Below, piece after piece: positions 28,981 to 37,479 of a stretch of 64,000 bases of DNA; the stretch's first letter is position 1, and the number at the start of each line of letters is the position of its first letter. Source of the stretch: Bacteroidia bacterium (lineage in GTDB: Bacteria; Bacteroidota; Bacteroidia; JACCXN01); the NCBI GenBank assembly GCA_046299555.1, contig JBKBHS010000001.1, positions 1,056,009 to 1,120,008 on the forward strand, read 5' to 3'. The notes below the pieces were generated by a model. It saw only the letters and a program-made list of their open reading frames with translations. It was not told the DNA's origin and ran no database searches. The position numbers were made by a program, and so were the translations under genes.

Positions 28981-31680
28981 TTAATTTACTTTAGCTATCC
29001 CTTTTAAAAAATTTTTTCGATAAGCCCATTTAAATAGCTCCATAATAGGTAGCATTAGTGCAGCAAGGCCAAAAAGCCAAATCCACTCATTTAGACTAAC
29101 CATATCGCTTTCAAGTATTTTTTGCATAAATGGTATGTTTACAGTAATAATATGAATAGTTTGTGCTGCCAATACGCCAAATAAAATATAATAGTTTCTA
29201 TTAATAGGAACCTTAAAAGCTGATGTTAGTTCAGAACGACAGTTAAATACATGAACATTTTCAGCAAGCACCATAAACATAAATACTAAGGTACGTGAAT
29301 GAAGTTCAGTATATCCCATATCCAATAGTACGTACCATAATGTAAAACATATTAAGCCCATTGATGCTCCTGCGGTTAAGCTTTGAGAAATCATTAAGCG
29401 ATTAAACAGCCCTTCGGTTGGTTTTCTGGGAGGCTTTTGCATGGTTTCAGGTTCGCCCCCTTCCATAGCAAGCACTACATCTTGTATGCCGTTTGTTACC
29501 AGATTTAACCATAATAGTTGAATAGCTGTTAATGGAATTGGAAGACCACTGCCTATTGCTAAAAAAAACAAAAGTATTTCTGCTGCGCCTGTAGAAACTA
29601 GTAAATAAACTACTTTCCGAATGTTGTCGTATGCAAATCGCCCTTCTTCAATTCCGGCTTCAATGGATTTAAAATTGTCATCGGTTACAATTATTGATGC
29701 AGTTTCTTTGGCCATATCTGTCCCTGAGCCCATTGCTATGCCAATGTTTGCTAATTTTAAGGCGGGGACATCATTTACTCCATCACCGGTTACCGCCACA
29801 AAATGACCAATTTTAGATAATCCGGATACAATTTGCATTTTTTGGATGGGTGATACGCGTGCAAATACAGTAGTTGATTTTAATTTTTCTAAAAATTCAG
29901 GACTTTCATCATTGCCAAGTTTTTCCAAGTCTAAACCGGTTAAAACTTGATTTTTATTTTCTGCAATACCTAATTCTTTTGCAATGGAAAATGCTGTAAG
30001 AGGATGATCGCCTGTTACCATTGCTACTTTTACACCTGCTCCATGGCATAGTTTTACGGCTTCAATTGCTTCTGGTCTTAGTGGGTCAATAAATCCTGCA
30101 AAACCTGCTAAGGTCATTTGATTAAAGTTATCATCTGATTCTGTATTGCTTACAGATAAGGTTTTATAAGCTAAAGCAAGTACTCTGTAACCTTTACCTG
30201 TTAATGTATTGGCTATTTCTTCGGCTTCTTTTATGTTTATATCTACAATGCCATTTTTTGTAAGCATTTTGCTGCATCTTGCTATAATAACCTCCGAAGC
30301 GCCTTTTGCAGCTGCCACAAGCTCATTGCTTGAATTTTGATATACAACAGCAGAATATTTTCGTTCGGACTCAAATGGGATTTGTTGAATAATTCTAAAT
30401 TTACTTTTGTAGTTAATATCTTTTCCTGCCTTATATGCAAGTGCAATTAGTGCTACATCCATGGCATCGCCATGATGTACCCATTTGCCAGCTTCTTCAT
30501 AAAGTTCAGCTTCGTTGCATAATAAGGCTATATCAGTAAATTCTTCAGGTAATGGGTAGTTTTTATTGTTCTCTTCAGCTTCAATTGTTCCTTTATTGTT
30601 ATATCCTTCTCCGCTAACGCTAAATGATGTACCATCTGCTAAAGATATATGCTTTACTGTTTGCATATTAACAGTCAGCGTTCCCGTTTTATCGCTGGCA
30701 ATAAATGTACAACTTCCTAATCCTTCTACAGCCGTAAGTTTTCTGACGATTACATTTCTTTTAGCCATTCTGCCTGTACCTATTGAAAGTGCTACGGTAA
30801 CAGCTATAGGTAAACCCTCCGGAATGGCTGATACTGCCAATGCTACAGCAAGAAAAAATAATTCATACTGAGGAATTCCTTTTGCAATTCCAATAAACCA
30901 TAGAATTACAATTGCAGCCATTACAACCCAGGCTACATGTTTAGCAAATTTTTCTAATCGAATTACTAAGGGAGGCTTAAGAGATGTGGATATACTTACT
31001 GCATGTGCAATGTTCCCTACTTCTGTGTGGTTCCCTGTTTGAACAACTATTCCAATGGCTCTTCCGGAGGTAACAGTAGATCCTGCATAGGCCATGTTTT
31101 TTCTGTCAGCAAGTGCGGTATTTTCGTCTTCCAGTTCAACCAGTTTTTCAACTGCTACTGATTCTCCTGTAAGTAGAGATTCGTCAATCTGTAATTGATT
31201 TGTATATAGCAAACGCAAGTCAGCAGGTACTCGATTGCCTGATTCTAGCATTACAATATCTCCCGGAACCAATTGTTCTGCATCTATAATTTGAGATTTA
31301 CCGTTTCGCTTTACACTAACCATTATTTTGAACATTTTGTGCAAAGCTGCAGCCGACTTTTCAGCCTTATGTTCTTGTAATGTTCCAATTATTGAATTAA
31401 TTAATAATACAATTACAATAAAAATAGCATCAGTATATTCTTCAAGCACCAATGAAACAATAGTGGCAGCACCAAGTATGTATATAAGCGGGTTTTTAAA
31501 TTGCGATAAAAATATGTGAAATAAAGTAGGTGGCTCTTTTCCTGGTAAGCGATTAAATCCACATTTTTCCTGCCTTTTTGCTACTTCAAGGTCATCGAGC
31601 CCATTTGAATTTGAATGAAGAAGATTAAAAACTTCTTGTTCTGTTAATGAATGCCAGCTATGCTTTTGGTTACAGTTCAT
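28981..31680 (-). CDS. Cation-translocating P-type ATPase, Ca2+-ATPase-like (type II)
   Basis: DKTGTLT phosphorylation site, TGES, TGDGVNDVPALK and a PEGLP motif in TM4 typical of type IIA/B Ca2+ pumps. 899 aa. Confidence 0.85.
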   Translation of the reverse strand: MNCNQKHSWHSLTEQEVFNLLHSNSNGLDDLEVAKRQEKCGFNRLPGKEPPTLFHIFLSQFKNPLIYILGAATIVSLVLEEYTDAIFIVIVLLINSIIGTLQEHKAEKSAAALHKMFKIMVSVKRNGKSQIIDAEQLVPGDIVMLESGNRVPADLRLLYTNQLQIDESLLTGESVAVEKLVELEDENTALADRKNMAYAGSTVTSGRAIGIVVQTGNHTEVGNIAHAVSISTSLKPPLVIRLEKFAKHVAWVVMAAIVILWFIGIAKGIPQYELFFLAVALAVSAIPEGLPIAVTVALSIGTGRMAKRNVIVRKLTAVEGLGSCTFIASDKTGTLTVNMQTVKHISLADGTSFSVSGEGYNNKGTIEAEENNKNYPLPEEFTDIALLCNEAELYEEAGKWVHHGDAMDVALIALAYKAGKDINYKSKFRIIQQIPFESERKYSAVVYQNSSNELVAAAKGASEVIIARCSKMLTKNGIVDINIKEAEEIANTLTGKGYRVLALAYKTLSVSNTESDDNFNQMTLAGFAGFIDPLRPEAIEAVKLCHGAGVKVAMVTGDHPLTAFSIAKELGIAENKNQVLTGLDLEKLGNDESPEFLEKLKSTTVFARVSPIQKMQIVSGLSKIGHFVAVTGDGVNDVPALKLANIGIAMGSGTDMAKETASIIVTDDNFKSIEAGIEEGRFAYDNIRKVVYLLVSTGAAEILLFFLAIGSGLPIPLTAIQLLWLNLVTNGIQDVVLAMEGGEPETMQKPPRKPTEGLFNRLMISQSLTAGASMGLICFTLWYVLLDMGYTELHSRTLVFMFMVLAENVHVFNCRSELTSAFKVPINRNYYILFGVLAAQTIHIITVNIPFMQKILESDMVSLNEWIWLFGLAALMLPIMELFKWAYRKNFLKGIAKVN

Positions 31681-32774
31681 TATTGTTTTCTTAAAATATT
31701 TTGCAGTGTGATAAATTCCTTAATATTTTCTAAATCAACTACTCCAATAATTTTTCCATTTTCTTGTACCGGAACTATGCTATATTGATGTTTAAACATT
31801 GTTTCCATTAATTTATCAAGTGGTAAATCTTTATCGGCTATAAAATCTATTTCTGAAGCATATTGGCGAATAGTTATTTCATTTCCTTTTTCAGATAAAG
31901 CCTTTATAATATCTGTCTTAGTCAATACATATTTTATTTCGTTGTTTTCTTGTACTAAAAATCGTGTGTCTTGTCCATTTAATAAAGCGTTAACCGCAGA
32001 TTGTATTGTATCGTTTGCATTTAAGATGGTAAAGTTTTTCATCAGTACGTCTTCTGTTTTATATTGGTTTAATATTCGTTGATTTTTTACTGCTTCAAAT
32101 TCACTTTTAGAACCTATGTAAATAAATAATGCAATAAATACAAGCATAGGATTATTGAAAATTCCTATTAAAACAAAAATAATAGCAAAGATGGATGTAA
32201 CTTTACTAGCCAGTTCAGTTGCGCTAACTCTATCCATTTTAAAAGCAAACAGCGCTCTTAATACTCTTCCTCCATCCATTGGAAAAGCAGGAGTAAGATT
32301 GAATAATCCCAAAAAAACATTAGCTATCATTAAATAAATAAGAAAATTATCATAGTTAATGATAGATGTCATAAACTTTTCAGGAACCAATTCTCCTCTA
32401 TAAAACAAGTAAACAAAAATCACTGTACTTATTATCATATTTACAAAAGGACCTGCAAGTGCTACAAAAATTTCTTTTTTAGGTTCTTCAGGAATTTTTT
32501 CAAGACTTGCAACTCCTCCAATTGGAAGTAATACGATGCTTTTAGTTACTATACCAAATCGTTTGGCTGCTAATGCATGGCCTAATTCGTGTAAAAGTAC
32601 ACAGGCAAATATGCTTAAAACAAATATTCCGGACCAAATGGCAACATACAAAGGCTGACCTTTGTATAGATTCATTCCTACTATCCAAATTACTAAAATA
32701 AAAAATGTCCAATGTATAGCTATAGGAATTCCAAATGCCTTGCCTAGTTTTAACGAATTTTTAGATAGGTTCAT
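31680..32774 (-). CDS. Site-2 protease (M50) family metalloprotease with tandem CBS domains
   Basis: HELGHALAAKRFG (HExxH) in TM, a later FPMDGG motif and a C-terminal CBS pair. Its start overlaps the ATPase start by 1 nt. Confidence 0.75.
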   Translation of the reverse strand: MNLSKNSLKLGKAFGIPIAIHWTFFILVIWIVGMNLYKGQPLYVAIWSGIFVLSIFACVLLHELGHALAAKRFGIVTKSIVLLPIGGVASLEKIPEEPKKEIFVALAGPFVNMIISTVIFVYLFYRGELVPEKFMTSIINYDNFLIYLMIANVFLGLFNLTPAFPMDGGRVLRALFAFKMDRVSATELASKVTSIFAIIFVLIGIFNNPMLVFIALFIYIGSKSEFEAVKNQRILNQYKTEDVLMKNFTILNANDTIQSAVNALLNGQDTRFLVQENNEIKYVLTKTDIIKALSEKGNEITIRQYASEIDFIADKDLPLDKLMETMFKHQYSIVPVQENGKIIGVVDLENIKEFITLQNILRKQ

Positions 32775-32917
32775 TTTGCTTAGATTTTTTACAAAAATGT
32801 ATTTAAGCCATAAATCAAAATCTGATGAAAATCATTTTTTAATCTGACATTTCTCATATTGTAGTGTAGATTCAATTTATTTCTTTGTTGCATAAATATA
32901 ATGTACTGAAATTTAAA

Positions 32918-33274
32918 ATGAAAACATTATTTGCTTCAATAATACTTCTTCTTGGTTTGTTTTCTTCGGCAATTGCTGATGGTAATATTCAAAATACTTA
33001 CAAAAAAACCAGTTTAGTAATTATTAAAATAGATAAGCCTAATTCAGCAACTGTTAGTAAAGCTGTTGCTCTTACTGCTAAATATCAGGGAATGTCGCAC
33101 GAATATAGTTGTTCTACATCGGGAATTATAGTATATCGTTATAATCATAATTTAAATGAGCGGGCTGATGTTATTCAATTTTTTCAGAAAATATTAGCTA
33201 AGGAAATCTCAGGAATTAAAACAGAGATTGTTTTTTGTGATATAATGAGTAATGAAAATATTGGTAAATGTTAA
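32918..33274 (+). CDS. Small secreted protein of unknown function (118 aa)
   Basis: ATG at 32918 gives the clean signal peptide MKTLFASIILLLGLFSSAIA. The track ORF begins earlier at the TTG at 32885. Confidence 0.35.
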   Translation: MKTLFASIILLLGLFSSAIADGNIQNTYKKTSLVIIKIDKPNSATVSKAVALTAKYQGMSHEYSCSTSGIIVYRYNHNLNERADVIQFFQKILAKEISGIKTEIVFCDIMSNENIGKC

Positions 33275-33286
33275 AATTAATACATT

Positions 33287-33679
33287 ATGATAACTAAGGA
33301 ATTTTACATCGCTTTTGGAAATTTATTATATGCTTTAGCTATGAGCGATGGTGCTGTTCAACCGCAAGAAAAAGAAAGCATTTTAAAATTAGTAAAAGAA
33401 AAACTAGTTCCCTTAGAAAATATTAAAGATGCAATGGGAACAGACTTAGCTTATTATACTGCTTTTGCATTTGAAACAGCTGATGAATTTGTAAAAAGTG
33501 TTGAAGATACATTGATACAATTTATTGATTATGTAAAAGAACATGAAGAAAAAATAAATAGAGAACAACTTAAAGTTTTAAATTCAATAATTAAAGAAGT
33601 GGCTAGATCATACGGAAGAGTTACCAAAAAAGAGCAAGAAATAATAGATGTTTTTAATGGAATGATGTACAATATTTAA
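33287..33679 (+). CDS. TerB-like (tellurite-resistance TerB / DjlA-N family) small helical protein
   Basis: 130 aa. N-terminal FGNLLYALAMSDGAVQPQEKE resembles the TerB metal-binding motif. Confidence 0.45.
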   Translation: MITKEFYIAFGNLLYALAMSDGAVQPQEKESILKLVKEKLVPLENIKDAMGTDLAYYTAFAFETADEFVKSVEDTLIQFIDYVKEHEEKINREQLKVLNSIIKEVARSYGRVTKKEQEIIDVFNGMMYNI

Positions 33680-33709
33680 TTCCATATTTTCAATTTAAAA
33701 GATTTATAA

Positions 33710-34699
33710 ATGAAAGTAGCAATTTTTTCTTATAAACCTTTTGAATACTTACAAATTGAAGAAGCTGAAAAAGTTGGAATTTCTTGTTTAGTTATAAACG
33801 AAAGATTAACGAAAAAATCTTTGATTGCGGCAAAAGGTTGTGTAGCAGTTTCGCTTTTTTCAAGCGATGAAGCAAATGAAGAAGTATTAGAGCAATTACA
33901 TTTATTAGGAGTAAAGTATATTGCTTTAAGATCTACTGGATATAATCATGTTGATTTAGAGAAAGCAGAACAACTAGGTTTTAAAGTTGCAAATGTGCCC
34001 GCTTATTCGCCTAATGCAATTGCTGAACACGCCCTTACCATGATGATGGTATTAAATCGTAAAATTATAGAAGCCCACAAAAGAGTAACTGAAAATAATT
34101 TCCTCTTAGATGGTTTAACAGGCTTTGATATGAATGGTAAAACGGTTGGAATTATTGGTGTTGGCAAGATTGGAGCTGCATTAGCTCATATTTTAAATGG
34201 CTTTGGTTGCAAAGTATTAGGCTATGATTTGGAAGTAAATAATGAATTGAAGCAAAAAGGAATTGTACATTATGTATCAACTGATGAATTATTTAAACAA
34301 TCAGATATTATTTCACTCCATGTGCCTTATAATAAAAGCACACATCATATTATAAATAGAAATAGTATTTCAAAAATGAAAGATGGTGTAATGCTTATTA
34401 ATACAGGAAGAGGAGGGCTTATTAATACGCAAGATGTTATTGCAGCTGTTTATTCAGGTAAAATTGGATACCTTGGTTTGGACGTATATGAAAATGAAAG
34501 TGGATTGTTTTTTGAGGATAAATCAAATGAAGAAATAAATGATGAATTATTTTTAGAATTAAAAAAACTTCCAAATACTTTAATTACCGGACATCAAGCT
34601 TTTCTTACCAAAGAGGCTTTGTTAGGTATGGCCCAAACAACTGCGTATAATTTAAGTTGTTGGAAAAATGGGTTAAGATCAGAGAATGAATTGTACTAG
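33710..34699 (+). CDS. ldhA: D-isomer-specific 2-hydroxyacid dehydrogenase (D-lactate dehydrogenase-like)
   Basis: NAD-binding GIIGVGKIGAALA, catalytic Arg/Glu/His arrangement (TGRGGLI...HQAF). Confidence 0.75.
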   Translation: MKVAIFSYKPFEYLQIEEAEKVGISCLVINERLTKKSLIAAKGCVAVSLFSSDEANEEVLEQLHLLGVKYIALRSTGYNHVDLEKAEQLGFKVANVPAYSPNAIAEHALTMMMVLNRKIIEAHKRVTENNFLLDGLTGFDMNGKTVGIIGVGKIGAALAHILNGFGCKVLGYDLEVNNELKQKGIVHYVSTDELFKQSDIISLHVPYNKSTHHIINRNSISKMKDGVMLINTGRGGLINTQDVIAAVYSGKIGYLGLDVYENESGLFFEDKSNEEINDELFLELKKLPNTLITGHQAFLTKEALLGMAQTTAYNLSCWKNGLRSENELY

Positions 34700-35986
34700 T
34701 TATGGTTCAGTTTTTTCAAAATAGTTGATAATAGCATTGTAATAGGCATCAACAACATCTTCTATTCGAGATGAATATTTAATACCATCATGTGATTTAG
34801 TTTTATTCGATAATAAAATTACTTCGTTTATATTGTCCTGATAGAGCGTTTCGCCATATATTACAGCGCCTTTTACTAATCTCAATAAAGATAGATTTCG
34901 AATAAATACTCCGTCTTTTAATGCGGTGCAAAATTCATCCAAATATTTACATTCGTTTTGTTTAGCTAATGGAATTTTTAAAATCTTTGTAAAGCTTTCA
35001 GCTGTTAAATTTGCCAGCTGATTGGATTGATCTATATCGTCACATACCAATAGTCTTAAAAAGTGAAATCTATCCTCTATGTTTGATAATTCTCCCTTGG
35101 CAAAAGCTCCAGGAATAAAAACCATATTTAAATTTTTATTGCTTGGTTTATTCCATGGATTATTATCTGCATCTACATTGTAATGAATAATGATGGTAGC
35201 ATCGGGATTAAAATCATTTATTTTTTCGGCTCTTTTTCTAAAGTCTAAATTGTTGTAAAGTTTAAATTTTGATCGAATATTATTTTTACTTAACAGCTCA
35301 TTTTTTTCTTTTAAAGATATTTCTCCGATTTTAAACAGACTATCTACATCTTTTTGAAAATGTTTTTCAAGCCATGTGGTGAAGCTAATACCTTCAGCAC
35401 CTCCACACATTTTTTCTCGAGTTAATAAAACCTTAGCACCTTGCGCTTCTAATTTTTCTTTTAAAAGCAATGATGTAATGTAGGTAAGTTCTGCTTCATA
35501 AAATTTTATAGTTTGAAATGTTCCATTTATTAACACACTATCCATTTCAATAAATTTTGCTTCCAATTTTGCTTCTTCAAAATTGCAGGCAGTGTGTCCG
35601 GCATCAATGGCTATTTTGTAGCCTTTTAATTTTTGTATTGTTCTGTCATAATATGGTGCAGTCCAAATGCTGGTATTATAGGAGGGTTTAAATAAAATTT
35701 CTTTTTTATATAAATCAAAACTTTCTTTTACACTTAAATGCTGCATTTGTATTCGAAATGCTTCTATATCTTTCCAGCGGATTATTTTCTCAGGATTTTT
35801 TTTATTGCTGTCAGCGTACATTATTAAGGCAGTATCGTTAAATGCTATGTAGTTATAAATACTTTTATCTTTAACTAAAATAGCATCCATTCTGCTTTTA
35901 TATAAATCAATTTTGTCTGCTTGAGCATTTAAAAGAGAAAAGACGGCTGATGTAAGAAGAATTAAAACACAAGCTAAGTGTCGCAT
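34700..35986 (-). CDS. Secreted hypothetical protein with degenerate MurNAc-L-Ala amidase (Amidase_3)-like motifs
   Basis: Signal peptide. IAIDAGHT and IIIHYNVDADNN resemble the zinc-ligand blocks of the Amidase_3 family, but the match is weak. Confidence 0.35.
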   Translation of the reverse strand: MRHLACVLILLTSAVFSLLNAQADKIDLYKSRMDAILVKDKSIYNYIAFNDTALIMYADSNKKNPEKIIRWKDIEAFRIQMQHLSVKESFDLYKKEILFKPSYNTSIWTAPYYDRTIQKLKGYKIAIDAGHTACNFEEAKLEAKFIEMDSVLINGTFQTIKFYEAELTYITSLLLKEKLEAQGAKVLLTREKMCGGAEGISFTTWLEKHFQKDVDSLFKIGEISLKEKNELLSKNNIRSKFKLYNNLDFRKRAEKINDFNPDATIIIHYNVDADNNPWNKPSNKNLNMVFIPGAFAKGELSNIEDRFHFLRLLVCDDIDQSNQLANLTAESFTKILKIPLAKQNECKYLDEFCTALKDGVFIRNLSLLRLVKGAVIYGETLYQDNINEVILLSNKTKSHDGIKYSSRIEDVVDAYYNAIINYFEKTEP

Positions 35987-35988
35987 AC

Positions 35989-36972
35989 TTATAGACTGTG
36001 TTTTTGGTTTTTTAAAATTACTTCTTTTGTCCAGGTAATTTGCTTTACAAAATCATGCTTGCGTTGAGCACAATTTTTAAGTGCGCAAATGTTGCACGAG
36101 TCAGGTAAACAAGGATCAGCATGTATAAAAACTTCTACATGATTTTCAGATTCTCTTGTAAGTATGGTTTCAACTTCGCTTACTACTTGGTGCGATTGTT
36201 CTAAACTGTAATACCATGGCAGGGTAATATGGCAATCGATGTGTAAATTAGAGCCATATTTAATAACTCTGAAATTATGGATATCTATCCACTCTTCTTT
36301 CCGGTTTTTATTTAATACATCTATTATTTCATCCACCAGTAAATAATCGGTTTCGTCTAATACTCCCGCTAAAGATTTACGCATTAATTTGTATCCTGTA
36401 AATAGTATAAATACACCAAAAAGTATAGCCACAGCACTATCCATCCAATTTATGCCGGAAATCCATATAAGTGCAATTCCTATAATTAATCCTGCACTTG
36501 AATAAGCATCGGAAATAATGTGTTTGCCATCAGCAACTAATGTAACGGAATGCAATTCTTTCCCCTTTTTTTGAAGATAAATTCCCATAAATAAGTTAAT
36601 AAAACCGGTAAATAAGGTTAAGTACAAACCCAAGTTTAAGCTGTGTATTTCATGTGGGTAAAATAAGTTATAAACGGATTTGATTATAATGGAGACACCT
36701 GCAATAGCTATTAGTGTACCTTCAAGACCAACAGATAAAAATTCAATTTTACCATGTCCGTATGGATGATCTTCGTCTTTAGGTTTAGATGCATAATTTA
36801 CACTGTATAAAGCAAAAGCTCCGGCAAATACATTTACTATACTTTCCAAAGCATCAGTAAGTATGGCATTAGAGTGTGTAATAATCCATGCAGCAAATTT
36901 TATAAGCATTAATGCTGTACTTATAAAAAGTGTTACGCTAAGTATTTTAATTTTTTTTCTATCGCGTTCCAT
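35989..36972 (-). CDS. Cation diffusion facilitator (CDF) family metal efflux transporter
   Basis: HSNAILTDALESIVNV and HIISDAYSS TM motifs plus the C-terminal cytoplasmic domain. Confidence 0.8.
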   Translation of the reverse strand: MERDRKKIKILSVTLFISTALMLIKFAAWIITHSNAILTDALESIVNVFAGAFALYSVNYASKPKDEDHPYGHGKIEFLSVGLEGTLIAIAGVSIIIKSVYNLFYPHEIHSLNLGLYLTLFTGFINLFMGIYLQKKGKELHSVTLVADGKHIISDAYSSAGLIIGIALIWISGINWMDSAVAILFGVFILFTGYKLMRKSLAGVLDETDYLLVDEIIDVLNKNRKEEWIDIHNFRVIKYGSNLHIDCHITLPWYYSLEQSHQVVSEVETILTRESENHVEVFIHADPCLPDSCNICALKNCAQRKHDFVKQITWTKEVILKNQKHSL

Positions 36973-37027
36973 TTTACTAAGGTAGAAAAGAATGTAAAAT
37001 CCATCATAATCTTTAATATATTTGTTT

Positions 37028-37438
37028 ATGCAAATAAATGAAAAAGAATTATTAAAAGAAGTTGAATTTAAAACCAGCCGTAGCGGAGGTAAAGGTGGTC
37101 AGCATGTAAATAAAGTTTCAACAAAGGTTGAACTGATTTTTAATTTACAAAATTCAAAGGTTTTTAATGATGAGCAAAAAAAGATACTATTGGAAAAGCT
37201 TTTTGAAAAGATAGACAGCGAAGGTTTTTTACACGTAGTATCGCAAGCAAGTCGGAGTCAAATTGAAAATAAAAAGATTGCAATATCTAAATTTATAAAA
37301 CTGATTAAAAAAGCATTTATTATTAAGAAACCAAGAAAATCAACAAAACCTTCCATATCAGCCATTGATGATAGAATAAAAAATAAAAAAATAAAAGGAG
37401 AACAAAAAAAGTTGAGAGCTAAGCTAAAATTAGATTAA
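37028..37438 (+). CDS. arfB: Alternative ribosome-rescue factor ArfB (peptidyl-tRNA hydrolase, GGQ family)
   Basis: SRSGGKGGQHVNKVSTKV GGQ motif and the basic C-terminal tail (KKPRKSTKP...KLRAKLKLD). ATG at 37028 is preferred over the TTG at 37022. Confidence 0.75.
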   Translation: MQINEKELLKEVEFKTSRSGGKGGQHVNKVSTKVELIFNLQNSKVFNDEQKKILLEKLFEKIDSEGFLHVVSQASRSQIENKKIAISKFIKLIKKAFIIKKPRKSTKPSISAIDDRIKNKKIKGEQKKLRAKLKLD

Positions 37439-37479
37439 AAATAGTTATTTATTATCCTAAAAAATGAAAAACTGCTTAA

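Noticed and set aside
32885-32917. TTG-initiated extension of the small secreted protein
   Set aside because: The ATG at 32918 yields a canonical signal peptide. The upstream extension is hydrophilic and atypical.
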